A stretch of DNA of 64,000 nucleotides from Pedosphaera sp. Its GTDB lineage: Bacteria; Verrucomicrobiota; Verrucomicrobiia; Limisphaerales; SIBH01. The stretch is from the NCBI GenBank assembly GCA_031414955.1, contig JANOQV010000067.1, positions 13,062-77,061 of the forward strand, in the 5' to 3' direction. Under the pieces are notes generated by a model. That model saw only the letters and a list, made by a program, of their open reading frames with translations, ran no database searches and was not told the origin of the DNA. Made by a program: the position numbers and the translations under genes. Shown piece by piece: positions 1-8,692 of this stretch. Position 1 is the stretch's first letter. Every line of letters begins with the position of its first letter.

Positions 1-178
1 GTTTAATCTCCTTGTGGCCCTCCTCCATCTTGCTGAAGACGAGCCGCAGGGCGATGGAACACTGCGCATGCACGGCCGGCAGTTGACCCGCGTTGATGGT
101 GTCAAACGTGCCGAGAATGTTCAGCTTGCCGTGAGAATCCGTCGCTGCGTCGCACAAAGCCGCGATTTGAATGTCCAT
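1..178 (-). CDS. Conserved hypothetical protein (DUF6941-like), runs off the window start
   Basis: Manual translation from ATG at 178: MDIQIAALCDAATDSHGKLNILGTFDTINAGQLPAVHAQCSIALRLVFSKMEEGHKEIK. The LCD..A...GKLNILG.F motif resembles DUF6941 from memory. Not in the ORF track because it is truncated. Confidence 0.6.
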   Translation of the reverse strand, partial: MDIQIAALCDAATDSHGKLNILGTFDTINAGQLPAVHAQCSIALRLVFSKMEEGHKEIK

Positions 179-362
179 ACCGGCGCGAGACTAGGCCGGG
201 TTCCCCCAACATGAAACGCAAAAGGTGAACTGTTTCCCGTTCTGAACCCGCCACGTGCCGTCCGGCTTGAGCGATGTGTGATCGATGGATTGGGACATGG
301 TCCTAGGATTCAACAACCCGATCCTGCGCTGTGTTCTAATCGCCGAGGCCGGTGGTGTCCGC

Positions 363-510
363 AGCTCCAAGGGCGCGGCATCTTTGTGGAACACGCCCGA
401 AGCAGCTTCCCCAGCTCCGTCAGGAGCGACATCGTCCGCAGATGCCGCCCCGCTGGGGCTGGAAAGGATGTGGCTGGTGCTTCTACACAGATTTCGCCCC
501 GAACGGGGCT
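363..510. repeat. Multi-hairpin palindromic intergenic element (REP/REPIN-like)
   Basis: Four related short hairpins in mirror arrangement: agctccaagggcgc, agctccgtcaggagc, gccccgctggggct, gccccgaacggggct. Linkers are complementary (gacatc/gatgcc, tttgtggaa/ttctacaca). Confidence 0.6.
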
Positions 511-667
511 GGGCTGTCCCACCTCAAAACCTCCAAGCCCCCGCAATGGACAGCCACCGGCAGGTTTGATTCACTGCCCTCTGTGAAACCAAAGGCCGCA
601 CTGATCACTCTTCATGCACGATGCATCGCCTGTCGTGCGGTTCGATGACAATGTGAGGCAACAATAT

Positions 668-1159
668 ATGGCTAATACCCAACTAACTCGTCAGATCGGC
701 GAGCATCTTGTTGTTTCAGAACTGGGTCGTTACGGAATTATCGCGACACCATTTTCCGGCAACATGCCTGATTTCGACGTAGTCGCTTTAGCTCCCTCCG
801 GCGATTCACTTTACATTCAAGTCAAAGCAATTAACACGGGTGACTGGCAGTTGGATGCGAACCGCTTTCTACGTCTCGAATACGATAAGCAGACAGACTT
901 GCAGGCCAGGCTCGGATTGCGGACTCCCGCTGTTACTCCCTTGGTGTTCGTCTTGATCAAGATCATCGAGTCAGGACGAGATGAGTTTTATGTAATTCCT
1001 TACTTTGATGTTCAGAAGATCGTAGCGGGCGGCTATCGCAGAACCAAAGGTAAGAGTTTTCATTTCGCGTTACGGCGGAAGGTGATTTCGAAATTCAAAG
1101 TCGACAATTTACGAGATGTTACCCGTGCCATCGAAAGACGACACGGTCATCCTCACTAG
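668..1159 (+). CDS. Stand-alone PD-(D/E)XK-family nuclease-like protein
   Basis: MANTQLTRQIGEHLVVSEL...PDFDVV...YIQVKA gives an E...PD...QxK arrangement. Clearly more AT-rich than the flanks. ATG at 668 chosen over the track start at 614. Confidence 0.65.
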   Translation: MANTQLTRQIGEHLVVSELGRYGIIATPFSGNMPDFDVVALAPSGDSLYIQVKAINTGDWQLDANRFLRLEYDKQTDLQARLGLRTPAVTPLVFVLIKIIESGRDEFYVIPYFDVQKIVAGGYRRTKGKSFHFALRRKVISKFKVDNLRDVTRAIERRHGHPH

Positions 1160-1175
1160 CGTTGAGCTTAGCGCG

Positions 1176-1287
1176 TTAATTCCCCCCTCCGCCCGCCAGC
1201 CTTAGCGCTCTCCAGCGGTTGCACCTCGGCCAGTTCCTTGCCCGCTTCGGTGGCGCCGAGCTTGAGCAGGTGCTCGCCGCTCGGACG
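1176..1287 (-). pseudogene. Vestigial duplicate of the rmuC 3' end
   Basis: 1210-1284 matches 1815-1889 at 72/75 nt. It translates RPSGEHLLKLGATEAGKELAEVQPLES versus RPSGERLLKLGGTDAGKELAEVQPLEA in intact rmuC. Confidence 0.9.
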
Positions 1288-1297
1288 GAAGGGCGGC

Positions 1298-1326
1298 TTG
1301 CGCGAGGGGATCAGGACGGATAATCT
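1298..1326 (+). promoter_or_regulatory. Putative sigma70-type promoter, probably giving a leaderless mRNA
   Basis: TTGCGC-17 nt-TAATCT, then 6 nt before the ATG at 1333. Confidence 0.45.
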
Positions 1327-1332
1327 ACCCGC

Positions 1333-1554
1333 ATGACTGGCGTGGAAGTGATCGAAGAAATCAAGCGATTGCCGAAAGAGGAACGCACCAAGGTGATCGA
1401 GTTCACCCGCCAGTTAGCCGACAATCAACTCCTCACCCCGGAAGAACTGGGCCAACTGGCCAAGCGCATGGCTGAAACCAAAGACCCCGCCGAGGCAGAC
1501 CGACTGCAAGAGAAGATCGTCCGCGGTTTCTACGGCGGCGAATCCCATGCCTAA
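1333..1554 (+). CDS. Small helical protein, putative antitoxin
   Basis: 73 aa, charged and helical. The N-terminus VEVIEEIKRLPKEER resembles addiction-module antitoxin starts. Overlaps the next ORF by 8 nt. Confidence 0.65.
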   Translation: MTGVEVIEEIKRLPKEERTKVIEFTRQLADNQLLTPEELGQLAKRMAETKDPAEADRLQEKIVRGFYGGESHA

Positions 1555-1792
1555 AATCCGGCGTCGCCACCTGCCGGAACCGTTGCTGGCGCATCTCCTC
1601 CTGCGCGTCCGCGAGCGGAACATTTCTCACGAACAAATCATCCTGCTGGCCCGCTGGCTTGATACGGAACCGGAGGCGCCGGCCGGGCGTCGGTTCAGGA
1701 AGTTCTCCGGGTTCACCCTTTGCGGCGAAGGCGAACTCATCAAAACGTTTCTACTGCCCGGTCAATTGCCGGACGGCGTGGAGATCATTTGA
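1547..1792 (+). CDS. Small basic protein, putative toxin
   Basis: 81 aa. HLLLRVRERNIS resembles the H..R..ER.IS motif of DUF4258/BECR-type RNase toxins. Second gene of a two-gene module. Confidence 0.55.
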   Translation: MPKIRRRHLPEPLLAHLLLRVRERNISHEQIILLARWLDTEPEAPAGRRFRKFSGFTLCGEGELIKTFLLPGQLPDGVEII

Positions 1793-3152
1793 CGGTCTCG
1801 ATTCGCAATGAAGCCTCCAGCGGTTGCACCTCGGCCAGTTCCTTGCCCGCATCGGTGCCGCCGAGCTTGAGCAGGCGCTCGCCGCTCGGGCGCACCATCC
1901 GTTCGTAGCTGCCCACCGCGTCGTTGAAGGCGGCATTGGCCCGCTCCAGCCCGCCGCGAATCTTCTCGAAGTGCTCGGTAAACTTCACCACGCGCGTGAA
2001 CAGTTCCTGCGCCGCCTCGGCAATGGCCCGCGCGTTCTCCGTCTGCGCGTGTTGCTGCCAGCTCAAGCTCACCGAGCGCAGGATGGCAATGAGCGAGATG
2101 GGCGTGGCGATGAGAATGCGCTTGGTCTGCGCCCACATCATCAGCTCGTGGTCGCCCTCGAGCGCGGCGCTGAAGAGGGATTCCGCCGGGAGGAAGAGGA
2201 CGACGTAGTCGAGCGCGTTCGGGAACTGGCTCGGGTAATCGCGGTCAGCCAGGGCCTTGACCGTGCCCTTGAGCTTGGCCGCGTGCTGGGCGAGGGCGTC
2301 GGCGCGCTTGGTCGCGTCGGCTGTGTCGATGGCGCTGAGGAAGTCCAGCTCCGGCACCTTGGAATCGACGATGATGACGCGGTCGCCCGGCAGCCGCACC
2401 ACGAGGTCGGGCTTGCCGTCGCCTTCCTTGGTCTGCTCGGTGAAGTCGCAGTGCGCGCTCATCCCGGCGGTCTCGACCACGCGACGCAAGGTCTCTTCGC
2501 CCCAGCGTCCGCGGGCTTGGTTGGAGCTGAGCACTTTGCGCAGTTGAAAGGTCTCGGTGGAGAGGGTCTGGCTTTGCTGGGCGAGTGTCTCGAGTTGCTT
2601 CTTCACTTCGCCGAGCGTGGCGGCCTGGGTGTTCTCGGATTGCTGGAGACGCTGCTGATAGGTGGCGAGGTGCTGCTTCAACGGCTCGACCAGCGTGGCG
2701 ATGGCTTGCTGGCGTTCCTTCAAGTCACCCTTCGCCGATTCCTGGAGCTTGCCGAAACTCTGCTCGGCCAGGCGCAGGAACTCGGGCGCGGTTTGTTTGA
2801 GGGCATCCGCGCTCAACGCCTTGAAAGCTTCGCGCAAGTCGGCGAGTGCCTTGTCCTGCGCGGCTTTGGCTTCGCGCAGGGATTGTTCGTGCCGCTCCTG
2901 CTGTTGGGCAACGAGTTGTTTGGCGGCGTCACGCTCGGCGGAAGCGCCGGCGGTCTGGGCTTTGGCGTCGGTGAGTTGCGCGCGCAGCGAACCGAGGTCG
3001 GTCTCGGATTGGGCGGCGCGGGCGCGGAGTTCATCCACGAGCGGCTGGAGACTGGAGGCGGGCGCAGCGGCGGACTTGCGCGCGCCCAACAGCCAGCCGA
3101 TGAGGCCGCCGAGCGCAATGCCGATTCCCAAGCCCAGAAGGAGATACTGCAT
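1785..3152 (-). CDS. rmuC: DNA recombination protein RmuC
   Basis: N-terminal TM segment, long coiled coil, and motifs RGRWGE, KPDLVVRLPGDR.IIVDSKVP and VVLFLPAES. Confidence 0.95.
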   Translation of the reverse strand: MQYLLLGLGIGIALGGLIGWLLGARKSAAAPASSLQPLVDELRARAAQSETDLGSLRAQLTDAKAQTAGASAERDAAKQLVAQQQERHEQSLREAKAAQDKALADLREAFKALSADALKQTAPEFLRLAEQSFGKLQESAKGDLKERQQAIATLVEPLKQHLATYQQRLQQSENTQAATLGEVKKQLETLAQQSQTLSTETFQLRKVLSSNQARGRWGEETLRRVVETAGMSAHCDFTEQTKEGDGKPDLVVRLPGDRVIIVDSKVPELDFLSAIDTADATKRADALAQHAAKLKGTVKALADRDYPSQFPNALDYVVLFLPAESLFSAALEGDHELMMWAQTKRILIATPISLIAILRSVSLSWQQHAQTENARAIAEAAQELFTRVVKFTEHFEKIRGGLERANAAFNDAVGSYERMVRPSGERLLKLGGTDAGKELAEVQPLEASLRIETVK

Positions 3153-3245
3153 GGAGGGAGAATGACGGACACAGGGAAGCGCGCAAGAATTCTGCGGGGA
3201 GATTCCTCAAGAGACAGTTCGCGCGGCAGGCAGTTCAAACGCTCC

Positions 3246-3432
3246 CGGCCCCAGCGGGGCCGAATATGAATAGCCCCGGATGAAATCCGGGGTGGAAAGC
3301 GAAGCAAGACCACGACCCCGGAGGGGTCGAACCTTGCGATGTGATTTGGCTGTCTGAGGCGCGGGAGTTCAACCCCTCTGGGGTTGGGGCGTTCGGAGCT
3401 TCTCCGCCCCGGATTTCATCCGGGGCTATTCA
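3246..3432. repeat. Multi-hairpin inverted repeat element (REPIN-like)
   Basis: Perfect 26-bp inverted arms tgaatagccccggatgaaatccgggg (3267-3292 and 3407-3432). Internal hairpins accccggaggggt and aacccctctggggtt. Confidence 0.8.
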
Positions 3433-3464
3433 CCTTCAATCGCTCCGCGATTGTCCCAGGAGAG

Positions 3465-4004
3465 TTACTTCACCGCCGACTCGATCATTTTCTTGAAGTC
3501 GTCCTCGGCGGATTTCACGAGCGCGGCCGGGCCGGTCATCTTCACGAACACATTGCCCTCGGCGCTCTCGACGATGGCGCCGAGCAAGGCCGAACCGGGC
3601 TGCGGAGTACGCGCGCCGCCGGGCATGCCACTCAGGTAAGTGCCTTCCGCGCGCACGAAGGTGACCTTGCGCTTGCCGATGGTGGTCTCCTCGCTCTTGG
3701 CGCCGATCTTCTCACGCGGCCCCTCGAACTGGCCGTACCAACGCTCGACGTTGGCCTGCACGCCGCCGCCGTTGCTCGGCCCGAAGTGGAAGAACACGAC
3801 CTCTGCAGAGTTCTTCTTGTCCGCATCGTTGACCTTGAACTGCGCCTTGCGCATGGGCGACGCGCTCTCGATGCGCTCCCATTTGGCCGGTTGTTTGAAG
3901 GTGAATTCGCTGACCTTGAAAGTAGTGACAGCATCAGCGGCCGTGGCTGTCCCGGCGAAGGAGAGCGCGAGTGTGGCGGTCAGCAGACAAATGAGTTTGT
4001 TCAT
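3465..4004 (-). CDS. Secreted hypothetical protein (PsbP-like fold possible)
   Basis: Signal peptide; motifs GGGVQANVERWYGQF and FVKMTGP; host-like codon usage. Confidence 0.8.
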   Translation of the reverse strand: MNKLICLLTATLALSFAGTATAADAVTTFKVSEFTFKQPAKWERIESASPMRKAQFKVNDADKKNSAEVVFFHFGPSNGGGVQANVERWYGQFEGPREKIGAKSEETTIGKRKVTFVRAEGTYLSGMPGGARTPQPGSALLGAIVESAEGNVFVKMTGPAALVKSAEDDFKKMIESAVK

Positions 4005-4083
4005 GCGCGGTTCGTACCGGGCAGGGCGGGAACTGTCAACCGCCTGCTGCTGGGCAGGTGCGATTGGAAGTGGCGGGAAACTG

Positions 4084-4276
4084 GAGCGCCGTAGGCGCGG
4101 CGAGAGAGTAGCCCATGGCGGCAGCCGTGGGATCAGATGGACCAGATGACCCAGCCCCAGCGGGGCGAGAGAATCCCAGCGACGGCCAGTCTTTCGCCCC
4201 GCTGGGGCTGGCGGCGGGCGGGCTTTTTCCCACGGCTTGCGCCATGGGCTACTCTCTGGCCGCGCCTACGGCGCTC
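4084..4276. repeat. Long inverted repeat element (REPIN-like)
   Basis: Arm gagcgccgtaggcgcggc..agagagtagcccatggcg..agccgtggga mirrored at about 4228-4276. Inner pair ccagccccagcggggcga / tcgccccgctggggctgg. Confidence 0.85.
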
Positions 4277-4342
4277 AGGAACGGCGCACTTCGTCTTCGC
4301 GCCGTCTGGCCCGCCACTTTCAATCGCACCCTGGCCGTTCCG

Positions 4343-5854
4343 TCACCGCGCCGGTTTGACCTGCACATCAAACACGCCGGTCAGCACCCGGCCTTTGATG
4401 CGCACCTGCGCCCAGAGCCGGTAATCGCCCGCGCGCGGGAAGGCGTAGGGAAAGGAGACTTCGCTCATCGCGGTCGGAGCCTTGGTGCGCAGCGAGTTGG
4501 TCGTCGGCAGGCCTTCGCGGCGCGTGAACAATTCCTGCGCGGCCATGGAAATAGTTCCGATGGGATGAAGATGCGTGAACACTTCGCCGCCCTCACGGCG
4601 CACCACGGCGTGGCCAAGCATTCCCATGTAATGCTGCAAGGTCGCGGGCTGGCCGTCAGCCGCGAGCACCTGGAAGCGCAACGAAGTTTCCCGGTTCTCG
4701 ACCAACCCCTCCGCGTTCTGGAACACCATGTTCAAGCCGCCCATCAACCGGCTGGTCTTGCCCCGCGCCGCCGTGGGCGAAGTCGCGCTCATGCTGGTGT
4801 GCCACGAATCGTCGGCGTCGAGGGCGAAGGGTTGCGCACCATTCGTCGCGCCCAGCAGCGGCGATTGGCAGATGACATCGAGCATGTTGGACGTGAGCGC
4901 CATTTGCGGCGCGCGACCCGCCGGCTCGGGCAGCGCGACTCGGGCGATGAGCGTCTGGTTCAACCCATTCTCGTGCGTGATTTCCGCGTAGAGCTGGTAG
5001 TCGCCGGCGGGCAGGGGCGGCAGAACATTTTCAAACGTCCGTGCGTCGCGTCGCACGGGATGCAGATGGGCGAAGGCGTTGAAGTCCGGCGCGCGCAGCA
5101 GGAACAAGTGCATGAGCTTGCCGTGATCGGCCGCGAGCGTGTCCCACGACGACGCGCCGGTGACATCCGCCGAGGGCGTGAGACGCAGCAGGTGGAGGTT
5201 GCCGTTGGTGTGCGTGGACGCGAGGACCGGGACCGGCTTGGCCAGGGCGTTGTTGCGGAATTCGCAGTCCATGCGCTGCCAACGGTTTTTCCCCGCGTAA
5301 ATCGCGCCGGCAAAAATCCCGGCGGCCAGCACCGTGACGAAGCGCGCGGGAAGTTGCGGCAACGAGGCGCGGGCCGAGGCACCGACGAGCCACACGGCCC
5401 ACGCAAACAAAACGATTCCCAGCGCGATCAACACCGCCGCCAGACCGGCGGACATGCTCGGCTGGCGCAAAGCAGCCGAGGTGATCGGCACGACGGCCGT
5501 GCCACTGCCGCGCTCTCCCTCGACCCGCACCTGCACGCTGTACGAGCCGTTGTAGAAAAACCACACCACGGCGTTGAAGAGATTCGTTTCCCCTGCGACC
5601 GCAGTGGCCGTGACGGGAGCCGCCGATGCCTGCGGTCCTGCTCCCCAGAGCGCTGCTTGCAACGAGACGCTGCTCGCGCCCTCCACGCGCACGTCCACTT
5701 GCGCCGCGCCCGGCAGCACGGCAGGCGGGCGGATGATCACGCGCACCGGGTATGGCCCGGCCTGTCCCTCGAAGAAAACATTCGGGCTGCCGACATGCGC
5801 GCAGAGTAACGCAGGCAGACACGCGAGCAGCATGATGATTGGCCAATTCCTCAT
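4343..5854 (-). CDS. Exported/membrane His-Met-rich protein, probably metal (Cu) binding
   Basis: Signal peptide followed by HVGSP; two TM segments; repeated motifs DHGKLMHLFL..FAHLHP and YMGMLGHAVV..FTHLHP. Start overlaps the upstream stop (ATGA at 5851-5854). Confidence 0.75.
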   Translation of the reverse strand: MRNWPIIMLLACLPALLCAHVGSPNVFFEGQAGPYPVRVIIRPPAVLPGAAQVDVRVEGASSVSLQAALWGAGPQASAAPVTATAVAGETNLFNAVVWFFYNGSYSVQVRVEGERGSGTAVVPITSAALRQPSMSAGLAAVLIALGIVLFAWAVWLVGASARASLPQLPARFVTVLAAGIFAGAIYAGKNRWQRMDCEFRNNALAKPVPVLASTHTNGNLHLLRLTPSADVTGASSWDTLAADHGKLMHLFLLRAPDFNAFAHLHPVRRDARTFENVLPPLPAGDYQLYAEITHENGLNQTLIARVALPEPAGRAPQMALTSNMLDVICQSPLLGATNGAQPFALDADDSWHTSMSATSPTAARGKTSRLMGGLNMVFQNAEGLVENRETSLRFQVLAADGQPATLQHYMGMLGHAVVRREGGEVFTHLHPIGTISMAAQELFTRREGLPTTNSLRTKAPTAMSEVSFPYAFPRAGDYRLWAQVRIKGRVLTGVFDVQVKPAR

Positions 5855-7005
5855 CGTGTCCCTCGTTTCATCCACGCTCCCAGCCACAGCCCGAGCCGCG
5901 CCGCGATCATCGACAGTCCGAGCGCGCGCAAGGCGTTGACTCCCGTCATCACGTCCGGGCCCGACTCCCAGAAGGCCACGCGCGCGGGCGGACTTATCTT
6001 GAGGAAGAACGGCCAGTGCTTGCCGCCTCCGGCGAAGAACCAGTTGTCTGCGGCGGGTGAGAGCAGAAATCCCGCGAAGGTCCATTGCGCGCAGAGGAAC
6101 AGAAAGAAGAACACCAACCCCAGCACGCCCGCTTGCAACCAGCCCAACCCAGGCCGATCCGACCACCGAACTCTTCTGAGCAGGAGGTCCACTGCGATGG
6201 CCGGCACCATGAGCAGCAACGGGAACGGCGGCGGCATCAGATGATCGAGCGGGTTGTAAATCGGTCCGGTCATCGGACGCGCGGCCATCAAAGGCAACAG
6301 CCAGACCATGGCCCCGGCCACCACGAGGTACGTCGCCGCACCCAACGTGGCCGACCAGCGGAGCCGCCCCGCCTTCGCCATCGCCACGAGCAGAATCGGA
6401 TAGGTGGCGCAGGCGATCTGATAGAACGACGCCGAGTGCTGGTAGTTGGGATAGCTCTGCGTGACCGTGACGATGCTGATCAAAGTCAGCAGCAGCCCGC
6501 CCGCCACGGGAAAAACTGCCGCCGTCACGGCGGAGTTTCGTCCGGGTTCATCCCTGGCCGCGAGTCCGATCATCCACACGCCCGCCAGCGTCACGAAATA
6601 GGCCGTGGCTTTCAGAATCTGCGGCGGATGCCAGATGCCGGCCCCCATCCCGTAGGCGGACTGCCACCAGCGGTCGAAGAGCACGGCGGTGATGAAGGCC
6701 AGCGTACCCCAGGCCGCCAGCCATCCACCCGCCGGCGCGATCACGCGACCGAGTTGGATCAAGCCGGGAGTTGGCCCGGTCGCGCGCGTTCCTTTGAACA
6801 TCAACCACCCCGCGCCCACCCCGATCGTGGCCATTGCCAGGTAGGTGAGCGAGTGCGGGGGCGACCAGAACTGGTCGATGCCCACGGTGGATTCCCACGA
6901 GAAGTCCCAGAGCAAACTCACCGGAATGGCGAGCGCCGCCAGCAGGAAGCAGACGCTGCCCCGCGCCGTCCGCGCTGCGCCGGTGGGGATGGATGAAGGA
7001 TTCAC
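5851..7005 (-). CDS. Polytopic membrane protein with PmoC/AmoC-like motif remnants
   Basis: About 9 hydrophobic segments; WDFSWESTVGIDQFWSPPH and FDRWWQSAYGMGAGIWHPPQ repeats. Confidence 0.75.
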   Translation of the reverse strand: MNPSSIPTGAARTARGSVCFLLAALAIPVSLLWDFSWESTVGIDQFWSPPHSLTYLAMATIGVGAGWLMFKGTRATGPTPGLIQLGRVIAPAGGWLAAWGTLAFITAVLFDRWWQSAYGMGAGIWHPPQILKATAYFVTLAGVWMIGLAARDEPGRNSAVTAAVFPVAGGLLLTLISIVTVTQSYPNYQHSASFYQIACATYPILLVAMAKAGRLRWSATLGAATYLVVAGAMVWLLPLMAARPMTGPIYNPLDHLMPPPFPLLLMVPAIAVDLLLRRVRWSDRPGLGWLQAGVLGLVFFFLFLCAQWTFAGFLLSPAADNWFFAGGGKHWPFFLKISPPARVAFWESGPDVMTGVNALRALGLSMIAARLGLWLGAWMKRGTR

Positions 7006-7174
7006 GCGCCCGACTAGCTACATGAAAACACCGGGCGCGGCTAGTGCCGAGGCTGCGGGGCACCTCGATCACGGGCAAACCCGGCGTCAGCCGGTCATTC
7101 TGTGCTTGGCACGGACGGGGGGTGCGTGGCAACACTCCCCCCGCTCCAAAACAACCTGACTTGCAGAAAATACT

Positions 7175-8206
7175 ATGAGCAAAAATGAATTCAGTTCTCC
7201 GGTTGGCGCTCGCTCGTTAGCCCGCACTCTGGCCTCTGGTCTGATGCTCGGTCTCGTCTTGCTGCCCGCGACCCCGGTGCAGGCTGGTTTGCACCTTTGG
7301 ACGATTCGCGAGATTTACACGGACGCCAGTGGCGGCTTGCAGTTCGTCGAGTTCTTCACCACCTCACCTGGTGAGATCTTTGTGAATGGAGCCTCGATTA
7401 CGCTGACGCCGACTGGGGGAGGTGCGCCGCGGTCCATCACGCTCGCGGGCAATTTCGTCGGGAGCACCGCGAACAAGGCTTTCATCATCGGCACTGCTGC
7501 CATCACCAACTTCGGCGGGCCAAAACCTGACTTTATCATTCCTTCGAACTTCGTCTCGGCGGCGGGTGGATCGATCTCCTATTTTGGCCAGGGCGGCGGT
7601 CCTTATACGGCCTTGCCCACGGATGGCACTTTTTCACGAACCTGGGTGGGCGGTGCCAACGCCACCAACAGCCCGCGAAACTTCGCCGATCAGACCGGGC
7701 GGATCACCATCCCGCCCGTGAACGCTCCGCCGGTCGTGGTCATCACCAGTCCAGCCAACAACTCCGGTTTCAGTCCGCTGGCCACCATCCCGATCGTGGT
7801 GGCGGCCACGGACGATGTGGCTGTGGCTAGCGTCCGTTTGGAGACGAACGGTGTCGTGGCGGCCACCAACACCGTCGCGCCGTTCGGGTTCACTCTGACC
7901 AATCTGGCCAACGGAGATTATGTCTTGCGCGCGCTGGCTTTTGACGGCCAGTCGCTCAGCGCCACCTCCGCGCCGGTTATCATCCGGGTGACGGATGGAC
8001 CGGTGCTGGTCTTTTCGCGCGGCCTCAACGGGCCGATCCAGTTTCAGTTCAACTCCATCACCGGGGCCAGCTACGTGGTGGAGCGCGCCTCGCCGCTGAC
8101 CAACTTCACCCCCATCGTGACCAATCCCGGCAACGGCGGCATCATTCAGTTCTCCGAGACGAACAGCAGCGATGCCCAGCGCACCTACCGGGTGCGCAGG
8201 CAATAG
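7175..8206 (+). CDS. Secreted protein with bacterial Ig-like domain and C-terminal beta domain
   Basis: Signal peptide; NAPPVVVITSPANN...ATDDVAVASV...NGDYVLRALAFD Ig-like repeat; C-terminal YVVE..SPLTNF...RTYRV. Confidence 0.85.
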   Translation: MSKNEFSSPVGARSLARTLASGLMLGLVLLPATPVQAGLHLWTIREIYTDASGGLQFVEFFTTSPGEIFVNGASITLTPTGGGAPRSITLAGNFVGSTANKAFIIGTAAITNFGGPKPDFIIPSNFVSAAGGSISYFGQGGGPYTALPTDGTFSRTWVGGANATNSPRNFADQTGRITIPPVNAPPVVVITSPANNSGFSPLATIPIVVAATDDVAVASVRLETNGVVAATNTVAPFGFTLTNLANGDYVLRALAFDGQSLSATSAPVIIRVTDGPVLVFSRGLNGPIQFQFNSITGASYVVERASPLTNFTPIVTNPGNGGIIQFSETNSSDAQRTYRVRRQ

Positions 8207-8431
8207 CCTCGGGGTCTGGCAATCCTCCCGACGGAAACTCGCGCGGACCCCGTTTGCGGCTGGCCTTTCCGCCCGTTGGTTCGCCCCTGTCTCCAAGCCG
8301 CTCCGCTTGATTGGATGGCGGTTCCTTAGCTCATCGTTTAGTGGTCACCCGCCGCCGGAACTGCGAAAACTTTCGGCGCGCTTGAGAGAATCAAAACTGT
8401 TCACCTGCTGGCAAACTACTACGATGAATCC

Positions 8432-8692
8432 ATGAAGACGCTGACCGTCGCGCAGGCTAAGTCAAAGTTGGGCAAACTGGTGGACCAGGTTCATGCTGGC
8501 ACGCCGATCATCCTGGTTCATAACGCCAAGCTGGTGAAGGTGGAACGCTACGTGCCCTTCGATCCGGCCGAGGACCGCCCGGAGTTGGAAGCGATGTTGT
8601 TGGAAGGCGTGCGCTCTCACTTCACACCCTACTCCGAGGACGAAATGCAGAGCCTCCTCGATAAACTGCGGAGGAGGCAGCGCAAGAAGTGA
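8432..8692 (+). CDS. Phd/YefM-family antitoxin
   Basis: MKTLTVAQAKSKLGKLVDQVHAGTPIIL is a Phd N-terminal signature. GTGA overlap with the toxin gene. Confidence 0.8.
   Translation: MKTLTVAQAKSKLGKLVDQVHAGTPIILVHNAKLVKVERYVPFDPAEDRPELEAMLLEGVRSHFTPYSEDEMQSLLDKLRRRQRKK

Noticed and set aside
191..600. Several overlapping 60-100 aa ORFs
   Set aside because: They run across a palindromic repeat element and show no recognisable motif or consistent codon bias.
8315..8345. Possible degenerate copy of the BatA start (atggcggttccttagc vs atgggcttcctcaat) upstream of the Phd/ParE pair
   Set aside because: It would make a fourth gene-end swap, but the similarity is too short and needs an indel, so it cannot be told from chance.
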